DNA of 64,000 nucleotides from Schmidtea polychroa. Its lineage: Eukaryota. This document shows, in pieces, positions 26,809 to 40,330 of this stretch. Where the stretch lies: positions 78,616,001 to 78,680,000 of the forward strand of contig CM097886.1 of NCBI GenBank assembly GCA_044892525.1, read 5' to 3'. The position numbers were made by a program, and so were the translations under genes. Under the pieces are notes generated by a model, which saw only the letters and a program-made list of their open reading frames with translations, had not been told where the DNA came from and made no database searches. Within the stretch, counting starts at the first letter, position 1, and every line of letters starts with the position of its first letter.

Positions 26809-29373
26809 CAGGGATGGCAATTACATGGCACGCAGACAAAAAACTTCTGGCACTCTAAGAAATTTAAAAAAAGAAGTAGAAAAAATTCTTATTATAAAAT
26901 AATTACTGCTTTTTAAAAAAAAATTTGGACCCAAAATTTTAATCAACGGCTTTGAATTGAATTCTATATTTTTTTCTCTAGTTGGCTTTGCGTTATTAAA
27001 TAACGCAATTAATTATTAAATTTAGTTTATTTTGGCACTTTGATAAAAACCTATTTGCCAAAATAACGGTTATTTTGTACATACGTATATGGTTGTGTTA
27101 TAATTCTTGTATATTCTTACATCAGTTTTTAGTTTTGTTTTAACTTGTGCAGTTCAATAAAATTTGTGTTTAATTTTAAATAAAATTTATTTTTTGCTGA
27201 ATTAAAATGGTACCAAAAAACCAAAACTACAAGATATTCGTAGCTTTGTACTCTCTTGGACTGCTGATTACGGTTTTGTTAAACATGGAGATAAAAGTCG
27301 GTGCGGTCTGTGCTCTGAAATTATTGTATGTCGAACGTCTTCTATTAAGCGACATTTTGAAACCAACCATAAAGAAATTGCCGAAAAAAATATTGAAGAA
27401 AGAAAAGAACTAATTTCTCAACGATTAAAGATAGCTGAAAATCAATCGAATTCATTATCAAAATTTGTAAAAACCAACAGCAATGTTACAGAAGCTAGTT
27501 TTGAAATTTCTTATTTGATTGCTAAGCAATCAAAACCATTTTCTGATGGAGAGTTTGTAAAAACGGTTATGTTAAAAGCGGCCGAAAGTTTGTTTCAAGA
27601 TTTTAATAATAAAGAAAAGATTATTCAAAGAATTCGAGAAGTCCAGCTAAGCCGAAATTCAGTTAAAGATAGAATTTTAAAAATAAGTGCGAATATTTCT
27701 GATCAACTTTACAACGATGTTAATAGCTGTGACTACATTTCAATTTGCCTCGATGAATCAACAGATATTAAGTCATCTGCCCGATTAGCAATCATTGCAC
27801 GTTATCCGAAAGATAATGAAATGCACGAAGAACTTTTAAAATTAGCAAATATCCCAGAAAGAACAAGAGGTAGTGATATTTGTGAAGTTGTATTCAATGA
27901 ATTAAACAAACTTAAAATAAATATTAAAAAAATCATTTCTGTAATGACAGATGGAGCTCCTAATATGACTGGACCAGAGATAGGTTTTGTTAATTTATTT
28001 CAAAACCTAGTTGGTCATCCAATAATAGGCTTTCATTGCATTATTCATCAGCAAGTTCTTTGTGCAAAATTCGGAACTAGCGATTTCAAAGAAATATCAG
28101 AACAAGTTAATAAAATCATAAATTTTGTAGTTGCACGCGACATGCATAAAAGACAATTTAAAAAACTTTTAAATGATATGGATTGCGAATACGATACTCT
28201 CTTAATGTGCAATAGTGTACGTTGGCTAAGTCGAGCGACATCCTTAGAACGATTTGTGAATTGCTTGGAAGAAATTCGACTTTTTTTACACGAATTCGAC
28301 AGGGATCGTTTTAAAGAATTATATGATACAGAATGGTTAACAAAATTAATGTTTTTTACCGACGTAACATTACATTTAAACGTTCTTAATAAAAAATTGC
28401 AAGGACGAGGAAAAACAATTGAAGTTATGTTTGGATTGATAAAGGGGTTTGAAATTAAATTAGATATTTTTGTTAGAGATATCGCATCTGGAAAACATAA
28501 TAATTTTCCGAAACTTAAAAGTTTTTTAAATGAATCTACAATTTTCAAAAAAACTAATTGGAATTTTAATTACGAATTTTCTAAAGTTCTTGAAACTATA
28601 AAAGAACAATTTTCAAATCGATTTAAAGATTTTAAAAGAATTGATAGGCTGTTGAAAATTGTAAATTATCCGGACTTATTCGATATACAGGATTTCGATA
28701 ACAACCTTATTAATTGGATGAAATTAGAAAATTTAGAAATGCAGACAGTAGATTTGCAATCTAATCCTATTTGGACACAAAAATTTGTGAATATGCGAAA
28801 AAATATAGAAGAATTGGAATATCATCGATTGTCACAGGATGGAGAGTCGGAATGCCGCATTGAAAACTTGATATTGGAAGTGTGGAATAGTATGCCAGAA
28901 GCATTTGCTTCTGTAAAAAAATTAGCAATCGCAATGTTAACCATTTTCGCATCCACTTATTACTGTGAGAGTCTTTTTTCTGTACTTAATCATGTACTAT
29001 CAAAGACAAGAAACAGATTAACAGAAGAAGACTCAGCAGCTTGTATTACCTTACAATCGACAACATACCATCCTGATATTAAAAACCTTGCAAGTAATAT
29101 GAAGCAAAAAACTTCTAACAAAATTTAAGAATTTTTTATTAAATTTATTATTAAACTTTATAATTTTTTTTACTATTTCTTTATATTGAATAAATATTAT
29201 CACATGAACTCAAATATTGAAATTTATTTCTGTTTTCTTGTGAATAAAAAAATGAATAAAAAATGTATATATAGGTACATATAACAAATAAAAGTTACGA
29301 GGGCACGCGAAAAAAATTGAATTTAAATTTAGTTTATTTTGGCACTTTGATAAAAACCTATTTGCCATCCCTG
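26809..29373 (+). mobile_element. Full-length hAT transposon (Charlie/SPIN/GTF2IRD2-like)
   Basis: TIR CAGGGATGGCAA / TTGCCATCCCTG, 8-bp TSD CTATAGTA. Confidence 0.95.
27207..29128 (+). CDS. hAT transposase, ~640 aa if one 1-bp frameshift near 27216 is corrected
   Basis: BED finger (RCGLC...KRHFETNH) is in frame with the 537-aa ORF. Motifs SICLDESTD, TDGAPNM, HCIIHQ, RWLS and STYYCESLFS are intact. Confidence 0.9.
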
Positions 29374-29799
29374 CTATAGTACAATAACAAAATGAAATAG
29401 CGTTATTTATAGAAATTTCGTTACATAACGTTATAAGAATTATGTTTTGTTAAAATAACGAAAATAGATAATTTGTTTTTCCTTACAAATATATTTTCCT
29501 TTTGTCCAATTGTGCACATATCATGGCTGCTGTGTATGCCGATCCACTCAACCAAAATTTAAAAAAATTTGCTTCTAAAGATTTATCTAAGAACCCCCTT
29601 TAACAAAATGATAAAATTTCGTATTCAATAAATTTGAAAATCAAAATAGCAATAATAATGACTTGGCACAATCGACAGAAATAACAACACAAATATTAAT
29701 GCCAACTGACTACAGATGACGATTTATTAAATTTTTATATGAAATCTAAATTAGCTATGCCATATTAAAACCAAAAGGAAAGAGAATTTTTGTAGATTC

Positions 29800-30035
29800 A
29801 CTAATAAACAGTTTCGATAATTTTGAAATTCAGCCAGCTTCACAAATGTTTTTGAATTCTGAGATAAGGATAAAAAATTTGCGAAAGTCTCAAAAATAGC
29901 CCTTGCTACACCTGAGACACGGGTTTCGATTGAAAGAGATGTCTCGATGTTATAATGAATATTTACTGATAAACGAAACAATATAGATGAGAATTTATTA
30001 GAAGATATATTAATTTTGGTTATGAACAAACTAGT
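29800..30035 (+). pseudogene. hAT dimerisation-domain remnant
   Basis: KIALATPETRVSIERDVSML**IFTDKRNNIDENLLEDILIL. Confidence 0.6.
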
Positions 30036-31146
30036 CGTCTAGTCGCATGTTATAGATGTGTTGTGTTTTTTTTTAACAAGTCGGTTAGTTTCTGACTCCT
30101 CGTGTTCTTATTTTACACTTTATTCAATTTTTATCACAATTACAAATTGTCACTAAATTTGCACCTTTCTCTCGAAATAATCTATAAGGTAAGTTGCCCA
30201 ATGACAAGATAATTCATAATTTTCTTTAATTTCACATAGTCTTTATCTTTGTTTCTCTCGAAGCTTTCCAAACTTTCACAAATTTTTATTGCTTTATTCA
30301 ACCAACTGGCGATTCACTTCTCAACAGCTCTTTTTTTATACTCCGGCCTTCAAAACAACTTAATTGTTATCCAACAATGATTCTCTTATTTCGGGTCTAA
30401 TTGCTTTAACAATAAGTAAATTGCTCGCCTTCGTCTTTGATGTTTTTTCTAAACTTATTCTAATCGTTTGATAATACCTCGGGCTTCCCTCACTTCTCGA
30501 CTGTCTAAACGTATTATTAATTAAATAATTAATCTGTTTTTACATTATAACTTTTCCTGGGACCCCTCACTAAGTCATTATTATTCCTGGGCTCATCTCC
30601 CGATTTGATGTTCAACCATACCCATTTCCACCGATCAATATTATTTCCAAAATTTTTAATTAATTTTTTCCACTTTTGCCATTTTGATATTTTTAATGAT
30701 TTTATTTGTGTTTCAATTTTTATTTTGTGCATTTCTACATTACTCCAATAGCTGAAACATCTTTTTGTACGATGAAATAATTCATCCCTCAATTTTATCT
30801 ATGTTTATCCACTGTCATACAATAATTTATTATAAAAAGATATTATTTTATTTTTTTTTGAACTTTTTATTAGAATTATTTTAAACCAATTGTTATTCAT
30901 TTTACTTTGATGACTATTAAATAAATATACGTGTTTCCAAATTTTTCACATTTTTCTTTGCTTCCGCTGCAGTTTTATGTCGATATAACGTTACAAAATG
31001 ATTTTCTTTTATCGTTACATAACCAAATACCGAAACAAAAAACATATTTTTGTTACATAACGAAAAATGTAACGTTAAGTTTTATATTTTCGATTTGCAA
31101 CACTAATACCCTTAAAATTTAACAAGAGAGTGATATCGGTCTAGTT

Positions 31147-31390
31147 CAGTGGTTCTTAACCTGGGGTCCATGGACCCCCAGGGGGTCCGCGAACGTTTCC
31201 AAGTGGTCCGCGGCACTATTTACAAAAACTATTATTTTTGTTTGAAGCTGAGCAAACAGATTTATAAATAATTATTAAAAAATGTATGTGTTTTACTATC
31301 AATTTATTAATTTTTTAACATTTCAGGGGTCCGTCGGTACCAATTATATATTTATGGGGTCCATAAGTTTGAAAGGGTTAAGAACCCCTG
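31147..31390. mobile_element. hAT MITE (244 bp)
   Basis: TIR CAGTGGTTCTTAACC / GGTTAAGAACCCCTG, TSD GTCTAGTT. Confidence 0.92.
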
Positions 31391-31714
31391 GTCTAGTTGA
31401 AGAACACAGTTTTAGACAATGAGTAGAAATATTTGATTTTATGTTTTTAAATATTTGTCAAGTACTTTTAATTTTTAATAATAAAATTATTAAAAAATAA
31501 ATTTAAACAATCTATCTAAATAACTTTTAAATGGGTAATAACACTTATACTTTTTAACTGATAATAGGACGTATAAAAGATTTGTCAAACATACACAATG
31601 CTGGGTTTTCGATACTGGACTTAAATTTAAAAGAAAATAGTTAAATTATTTATAAGATTAAATAATAAAAAAAATAAATTATTTTAAAGTTTATTAAGAT
31701 TAAAATATATTCAC

Positions 31715-31848
31715 TTTTTTCTGAGCAGCTGGTAAATTATCCGCAATTTGACGTAATTTCGTGGCGATTAATTCATTCCTTTGCTCAGCATCTGTCATGG
31801 AAGCATGTCGCATACGGATTTGTGAATGAATCGTACTCTGAGATATAT
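31715..31848 (-). CDS. Candidate internal exon (PDS5-like or BH3-like peptide)
   Basis: AG/GT-bounded 134-nt exon encoding ISQSTIHSQIRMRHASMTDAEQRNELIATKLRQIADNLPAAQKK. Identity unresolved. Confidence 0.5.
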
Positions 31849-32899
31849 CTAACGATTCGATTAAATTAGAAAATTATTTTAAAGATGTTAATCATGAAAA
31901 TGACTGTTGCAAACATTTTAGTTCATATGAAATTTGTATTAGTTGATATTTTTATGGAAATTTGTCAAAATAATTTCATAAGAAATTTTAAATCATTTGG
32001 TACATATTTGTTTCGTGAAAGTGTTTTGCGCATTTTCTAATTACTGGAAATACATGCACAAATATTTACATGAAAGTAAATTAATCTTATTAATTATTAA
32101 AAATTTTTAAACAAATCCTTATTTGTCGAATAAATTTCCAAAAATTAAAAAAAATCAATACTATTTTCATTATTTAGACTTTAGTAATTGCCATGAACAA
32201 CTCGGTCCTAATATTATTCAGTGATATTTTTTAATACAAGTAACCGGATTTTTTTGAAGGGTGATTTTCATTGACACTGAAAGGTGTGAAACATATTCTG
32301 TTGTGTAAGTCTCTCGAAAAGCAAGACATTTACACTGTTATTTATAGTCACATACGACTATAATGTTGCTAAATTGTTGTTTGTTGCATCCTGAAAATGT
32401 AGTCATTTTTGAGGTCTAAGACAACCAATAATTTTCAATGGTACCGGGGATAATGCAAAAAATAACACTTCAACCAGCAACATGCACCATAACAATCTCA
32501 TAGGATTTTGGACAAGAATAATCGCCTCATTTGCGCACTGTAGTTCACAATATCATTTAGACCATTTTTTTATGGTTGACTATATAAAACTCAATTGTTC
32601 ATTCTTACTAAAGCCGGGTTACCGGTAAAGAGGTAGTTTACTTATATTTACATTGCGTATTATTAAATATAAATAAATTAAAAACTGAATTCTTAAAATT
32701 ATTTGTTATATAACAGCCAACATACATGGTAGCTGGCATTTTAATTACTTTTTGCATGAAACATCTCATCATTTTCAAAGTTTTAATTTTAATTAACTAT
32801 TTGACTGATTAGCATTTGCAAAAAATTTCCTGTAATGATTTTCACAAATAAATTTTAAGATAATTAACTTTTTACTGAAAAAAAAATTTATTACTGCCT

Positions 32900-34130
32900 C
32901 GATCTGAATATATGGGCATAGGTGACATATCGAAGAAAAATCGAGACAATAAGAAACGCAGATATGTCAGTTATTTGTCATTTGGTTTCAGAAACTGGAA
33001 ATGAAGTTTTCCAGACGCCCTATGTCTACAATGTATCAATATATTGACCAATAGGTCTTTAGCACCTGCTAAATTACGTCGTCGTTTCGAAATATGAAAA
33101 ATCTAAACTTTTCATTACGAAAACATTTAAAACGACCAACGAAAATGCCACAGAGGCTTCTTACAAAGTTATTGAATTGCACTTACAAGAGAACCTCATA
33201 GAATTGGCGAAACATTAATAAAACCACGTGTAAACTATATTGTTTTTTGTATGTTAAGTGTTGATTCATGTAGAAAAGTTGAAGCTGCATCACTTTTCAA
33301 CACTTTTTCGTGACACATTCACCATATTGCTCCAGATATCGAGTTAGAATTTATTTCTTGGCTACATCAATATGATGCATCCTTATTGCAATTAAACGAA
33401 TCCACCGATGTTGCAGATCTAGCAATATCACTAGTTGTCGTGCACTATATGATTTCAATAAAAGTATTGAGGACGATTTGTTTCTGTGTGAAAGTACCAC
33501 CGGTGAAAATATTTCTAGCAGTATGGCTAGTAACGCTATGATAGGAAAGGTGGCTGGTGCTGTAACATGCATAAAAACTCGAGCAAAAAGTAGTCACTGT
33601 ATTCTTCACAGACATGCAATGGTAACTAAATATATGTCAACCTTATTTAAAACTATGTTGGATGAAGCAGCGCAAATTATAAATTTCGTTAAAAGTTGTC
33701 CTTTAAAATCACGATCGTTCTAAGTTTTTTGTGAAGACATGTGTAGTAATCACACAACCCTTCTTGTACATACATTCTTGAACTTCAGAAGTTAATCAAA
33801 ATAATTTGGACTGTTTTCCAACACTTCATTTTTTTTGGTAGAAATGGAACAATCACTCGAGCTAGAAATTCAAACCGACATTGTAAATCATCTTTGCCAC
33901 TAACAAACATCCATCAATCAGTGTTTTCCATCTTTAAATGTAAAAGTATATAGCTGGGTTTAAAATCCATTCATTCAAGCACAGGGAAAATCAGTCGAAC
34001 TTTTTGATGCAGATTTTGAAAAGTTAATCGAAATGCCATTTCCAATCACCTATTTATGCGAGACATGTTTTTCACCGTATACGGCGACTAAAACAAAGTA
34101 TCGAATCGTTTTGACGCCTTACCAGATATG
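32900..34130 (+). pseudogene. Degenerate Buster/ZBED5 (SCAND3-like) hAT transposase
   Basis: Remnants LAPAKLRRRFE, LQLNESTDVA, HCILHRHAM, INFVKSCPLKSRSF. Many frameshifts. Confidence 0.8.
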
Positions 34131-34233
34131 AGAATACAATTATCATCTATTACGCCTAAAATAAAAAAATTGCCAAAAAAGAAAATTGTGCTTTCGTCAC
34201 ACTTTAATTTTTGTAATTTTTCATTTTATATAA

Positions 34234-35542
34234 CAAGGGTGGGCACGCATGGGTTCAATAAGAGCCATTTTCCGAAAATTTATTTTTTACAGAGCCACCA
34301 TAGTAAAGTACATATTTTTTTTTATTTCATTAATTTGAATAAAGAGACTAAAACGCTATTAAAAAAAAACAAAATAATTATTTCAAACATTAAGTAACAA
34401 ACATAAAAATCCATTAATAAAAAGTAATAAAATTTCTTGAATTAACGAAGACTTTTGGTCAAATCTTTGAAATTTGGTGTATACTTTGTTAAAGCTGTTC
34501 GCAGCAATTCTGTAAGATGCTGATTGGTCAACTGTGAACGATATTTCGACTTTACGAACTTCATTGTGGAGTACAAAGATTCACAACAATATGTTGTACC
34601 AAAAATTGAAATTAGACGGCAAGCACCTTGTTTTAAGTGTGGATATTTTGCCTCTGGTACGAGTTTCCTATATTCAACTATAGAAGTAGATTTATGGTGC
34701 ATTTGCAAAGCCTGGTCCTCTTTCATATCTAATAACTCCAATTCCCCAACCGCTTTTTTAACAAGTATTACTTCAGAAATTGGAAATCCATCTTCAATAA
34801 TATCACAAATAAATGGGTTCACAAAAAATGCAAATGTAGATTTATAACTTTTCAAATCTTCAAACCTACATTTGAAATCCGCTTGCAATTCTTCTAATTT
34901 TTCACTGTATTCGTTTACTTTTTCTTCTGTAATATCAATTATATTAGCTTTTATTCGTGGAAAATGATTAAATATTTTCGACCTAAGATCGTTCACAAAA
35001 AGCCGAAGTTTAGCTTCAAAACTAAATAACGTTTGTGACAAATCAATAATTATCTTTTCTTTTCCTTGTAAAGCCAAATTTAATGTTTGCAAATGTTCCA
35101 TAATGTCTGTAAGGAACATTAAGTCAGAAAGCCAAGTTTCATTTTCTAATTCTGGGTATGCTATTCCGTTTTCTTTGGTAAATATTATGATAGGATTTAG
35201 GAAAACACGAATAGAAAACTATACTAAAATATACAAACGACCGCAATCTTGTACAAACAAAATAATAACCAATCAAAATTCACTAAATTTATTTTTGATG
35301 CTTCTCTCTCGTTGTTATAACAAAGCGCCGCCTACTACAAAATAATTTTAAAAAGCAGTAAAATGTGAAAAACAATGTTTCGTTAATTTTTGACATTTAT
35401 GAAAATACAATTGCAACAAAAAATTTTTTCTCAAAACATTTAGTGAAAAATTTCAAAATAAAAAATCGAATTCGATTATCAAGAATTCAATTATCAATGA
35501 GCCGCAGTTTACTCAACGAAGAGCCGCATTTGCCCACCGTTG
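34234..35542 (-). mobile_element. Internally deleted hAT element (1309 bp) with transposase C-terminus at 34442-35119
   Basis: TIRs CAAGGGTGGGCA / TGCCCACCGTTG, TSD TTATATAA. Peptides FLTDIMEHLQTLNLALQG and FGTTYCCESLYS. Confidence 0.92.
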
Positions 35543-35949
35543 TTATATAATAAAGGTTGTCATTAATAAAAAAATTTACCCAATGATAGAAAGATTGGAA
35601 AAGATGAAAGATGATTTAATCAGAGAATAGAAAACAATGACTGGAGCTAAAAAGTAAAGTACATCTATGCAATAGACACTCGAAGTGAATTAAAAAGGCG
35701 AATTCCAAATATAAAACTCGTCGAGAAATATAAATCAATACGACTGAAGAATTGCCAGACATAGAATCATTGAAATTAAGACCGGCGCCAGGAAAACCAT
35801 GAAAGCAAACATGGTAAAGAAAAACTTTTGCCTCAAAAGAGGGGAGAAAATAATTTTATTAATTCAATTAACTCATGTAGTTAAATTCAATTGATCTGAA
35901 TGATTTCAACTCTATCAATGTACTATTATTGTTCTATTATCTACTATTA

Positions 35950-36720
35950 CTGATGCGTAAAATTTAGTATTGCAATTAAACCGTAATAAATCGTAATTAA
36001 ATTGCATTGTGATTGTATTGTAGTTTCCACTGAATCTAATTCTATAAATTTTAAAGGTTTTAATAATTCTTTGATGCAATTGCTGGATTAGATCTGTCAC
36101 TTTCGGAGGAAAATAGAATAAACGAATATTCGTCAATTCTAATTCGAATGGATGAATTGTTCAATAACATTAATATTTTTCTATTCTTCTCCTTCATTTG
36201 TACATTGACACCAAGAAGCCATTTTGTAAAGATTTTACGCGTCATCCATGACTATTTATTAGCGGTGTAAGAAATATTCAATGACGAAAGGTTTATATTT
36301 TTAAAATTTTGTAGTTTTGCTAATTTTCCTACCATTAAGGCTTTGAAATTTCCCCCGTTCACACTTGACGCTAAAATGAAGTTTATTCTTTCCTTTTTCA
36401 TAATGCTTTATCTTCTTCGTTTAAAACAATTATTTTCTTTTCAGCATGTCGCCAGGTTTCATCACAATTAAAAATATCATAACTTTCATATTCAGTCGAA
36501 GTTTTCTCAAAATTACTCTTAAATTTATCAATTATTAGTATATCCAATATTCATTTATCAGAAATTACACATGTTTTTAATTAATGCCTTTGAAGAATCA
36601 CAACCATCTGCTAGAAGCACTAAGATCTATAATGTTGTGTTTAGAGACTAATAACTATGCAATTTCAATTATATTATTGTTTGAAACCAAAAGGTTTATT
36701 CTTCGTTTGCACTGTCCATT
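35950..36720 (-). pseudogene. pogo/Tigger (DDE_1) transposase remnant
   Basis: MTRKIFTKWL...RKILMLLNN...NIRLFYFPPKVTDLIQQLHQRIIKTFK matches the DDE_1 consensus. Confidence 0.8.
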
Positions 36721-36945
36721 CGTAAAGTTTTAAATCAATCACCTTTGTCTTACCAATTTTCTACATCTTTTTGAATTTCTTAAATCGATATCATTTATAT
36801 TAAAATACAAATCTTTGTTTTTCAAAATTTTGTCAATTCATTCTACGTTCAACGTGAAAATTTATTCGCAAGAGATCCGAATATCCGGATTGTGCTTTGA
36901 GGAAAGACATTTTCTGTATTTTGTAGTGACTTACAGTGGCGTATA

Positions 36946-37757
36946 CAGTGGCGTAGCTAGAAATTTCTGGCCCCTATGCAATGAGTCATTGATGCCCCCA
37001 CCCCTATACTGCATACACAAGTGAAATAGGTGCGGAGCACCATAGCGCCACAGTGAAAAATTTTTTTGGCCCCCTTTGGAAGCACAATTGAATTAGACCA
37101 GGGTTTCCCAAACTTTTCCTGTGACGGAACACTTCGTAACTCTCGACATTTTGATGGAACACTTTGTTTATTTTGTACGGTATGAGACCAGTGGCGGAGG
37201 CCTACCCAAGATTTTTTAAGGGGGAGGAGAGAGTGTTAATTGAAAGAAGGGCTTATAGTTACAGAGGAGTTTTGCGCCGCAGGCAAAACATTTTTTGGGT
37301 CCTCTTTGGAAAAACGATTTAATTAAATAATTAGAGCTCAATATACAATATAACAGTATAAATCGTTATAAAATGATAGTAATGTATCAGTGACAAATGT
37401 GTATAGCCGACAAGCGAAACAATTTTTTCGACCCCTATATGAATGGGGGATTTACTTAGATAACTAAAGGTGCTTGCTTATACAGTATATTATTAGCGAG
37501 GGAGAGGCAGAGGGGATTGCATAAATAGGTAAAATGCAGGTAAATAATGTACTTAATGCAATAAGTAAACAAAACAGTGGAGCTTTATTTCATAAAACCA
37601 CAAATCGATCATTTGGAGGTCCCTGTTGACTGGTGCCGACCGTGCCGTTGCTTGACATTGTTTTCTGAAGAAAATTAAGGAAACTTGGAAAAAAGGACCT
37701 CCTGTCTTGTTGCCCCTATGCATTGCTTACTCTTGCTATATGGTAGCTACCTCACTG
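36946..37757. mobile_element. hAT MITE with nested partial hAT ends (37099, ~37190)
   Basis: Ends CAGTGGCGTAGCTA / TAGCTACCTCACTG. Internal cagggtttccc and cagtggcgg left ends. Confidence 0.6.
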
Positions 37758-39015
37758 CTTATATAACGAATGTTTTGATTCGACTTTCCTTCTTTAAAAT
37801 GATTGAGGATTTTTTCATGTATATTTGAAGGCATCAAATCAATAAAATTTTATTTTATGTTTAAAAATTAAAAAATTGTCGAAATTACAAAATGTTCACT
37901 ATTAGATACTGCTAAAACATCTTCTAAATTATTTTTTAAATCCGGTTCAAAAGTTAACGACATAATTCCAAGTATTTATTTAATGAAATCTTGTATTATT
38001 TTCAAACAAATTTTCAGCGTTGAATAAAATCTTTTCAAAACCATTTATTAAAATTTCGAGATTTAAAATATATTTATTTAAAAATTATTCACTAATAAAA
38101 CTTCTTTCAAAAAGCTATTTTAATTTTTCAATTTTTCAATTCAAAAATTTCGACTTAAATTCAATTTAAAAATTATTTTAAAAGTTATTTTAATAGTCAA
38201 TTTTTTACAATTTACAATCTTAATAATCTTAATCTTAATAAATCATTGAAATATTTAATTCAGAGCTGAAAACACCTCACATTCACAATTAAGGAGATTC
38301 ATGATATAGGGTGTTCAGCTTAGAGGACTTTTACTGGATTTATAATTATAAAATGTGTTTTTAAAGCTTTATGTCGCGTTATATTGATGATAATTACTGT
38401 CTTCAGACCAGTAATACATTTTGTTGCACGAGGGGCGGGTGGGGAGGAGGAGGAACCAAAAGTATCTCAAGAGGTAATATCTGATGCTGTAATCGAATAT
38501 GCATGTGAAGGTAATTCTGTAGTTTAGTGTCTCAAATTATTTTTAGTGGAAAATAGTAGGTGAGTACGTTTATTAAAAAAAATAACTGTCAAATTACATG
38601 TTACACTGCTGTCAAAAAAGTCTCAAATATATTGTTAGATAGCTGCTGTTAAAGTGTGATCCGGAACGGACTGATTTGGAAAAATTGCAGCACCTACATG
38701 ATCATTCTTTGTCCATGTGACCAATGATGCAGGTTGCTGACGTGCGCTTCATAGACAAGAGTTCAAAAGCTGTCAACGCTTTACTAACCGCTACATGCAT
38801 TGCGGTGTGGTGTCTATTTCAGGAAGCAGTGATATAAAGTTCAATTTATTATTTAGTATCGATTGGCTATTCATTAGCTAACAACATTCACTATATCAAT
38901 CAATGTTCTGGGTTTACCTGCCATTTCAAAGTTGTTTTATTTTAAATAACTAATTTCAATAATAAATCAATTTCAAAAATATATAGATTGTAAGTAATAT
39001 AAAATAATTTTGGGC

Positions 39016-39353
39016 CAATGTTCCCTCTAAGCCATAAGCAGCAGTGCGCGCAAACTCAGCTGCGCTGAGCAGCCTTTAAATACAAATGAGCGTCAAAATG
39101 CTATAACGTGGTTGTAAGAGTTTTAAAACGACACTGTATTCTATAACTGTAGCGACTATGTTGAAAACTAAGTAGATAACCGGTCTTCGCTGCTGGTGGT
39201 CCATTTACATCGACAATTTCCGTGTGCCTTTTAACAGGATCAACTGCCATGAAACGGTTGAATTAAATATACTGCGCTGAAAATAATTTTGCTGCGCTGG
39301 GGAGTTGGAGGTGCTGTGCGCGTGCGCACGCGCGCAGCTTAGAGGGAACGTTG
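39016..39353. mobile_element. hAT MITE (338 bp)
   Basis: TIR CAATGTTCCCTCTAAG / CTTAGAGGGAACGTTG, TSD TTTTGGGC / TTTTGGAC (7/8). Confidence 0.88.
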
Positions 39354-39843
39354 TTTTGGACGCTAAACTGTAGGATTACAAATTTGTCATTATTTTCGGG
39401 TAGTTAAAACGGCCTGTCTGTATCCTCCAGGTCTGTAGTAAAATTCGCCACTGCTTCAGATATTCATATATTCAAATAACAGAAATTTCTGTGTTGGACA
39501 ATAATTTATCTTATTCAATAATTGCTTAATTTAAAGTTAAAAATTAAATTTTTCATTTATACATTTTACTCAATAAAAGTACAAATCGACAATTCTTATT
39601 ATAAATTGGAAAATTTATCTAAAATATATAGATAAAATAATTGAAATGAAATTTATCCAATAGTGAAGCAAGGAAATCCAATGAAAACCACGTGAACGGT
39701 GAGTCATATGTGATATTAATGCGTAGGTTTACTTAGACTCTAACATGATCATTTCAAAATTTATTACTAAATGAAATTGAATTTGTTAATTAAAATTACT
39801 TAATTTAGTGAAACTTGTTAATAAATTATAAATTTATATTTAC

Positions 39844-40330
39844 CTTTATAATTGCAAAAGTAGTTGGATGCCTCTTTATCTGAATCTTCTTCTTCTTCAT
39901 TTAATGGCGCAGATTCAGGTCGAACCGTCCACGGTGAATTACGCGCAGATCGACGAGAACTCAACTCCGGAATAAAAAAATGCCCACTGATTTTCTCTGC
40001 TTCCACTTCAATAGAATTTCCAATATCTGACGCTTTAAAAAACTCTTCTAATTCATCATCGTTTAAAGCAGAATTTCGGCTGCTATATGATGTCGCTGGA
40101 CTTTCGTTATTTACAATGAATTCTTTTAAATGAGAAGTATTTGATGCAACATTTATATACATTTTTTGAGACACGAAACTGGAATAGGCACTATCATTTT
40201 TTGTTTCAGTTTTAGTAGATATAGGAGTTGATGAATTAAAATTTTCAGGATTAAACTTTTTCGTAAAATCAATTGATAAATTAATAGATAGATTACAATC
40301 TTCGCTATAGTCGTCAATAAGATCATTCAT
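39844..40330 (-). CDS. First coding exon of an orphan Ser/acidic-rich host protein
   Basis: 162 open codons between the acceptor ttttag|ATG and the donor AAAG|gtaaat, with an upstream exon ending at gtaagt near 40424. No recognisable domain. Confidence 0.6.

Noticed and set aside
28048-28952. Antisense ORFs over hAT transposases (also 9570-10007, 16270-16599, 34524-34847)
   Set aside because: Shadow ORFs opposite real transposase frames.
30047-30620. Possible solo LTR
   Set aside because: LTR-like composition, but no matching TG...CA pair or TSD found.
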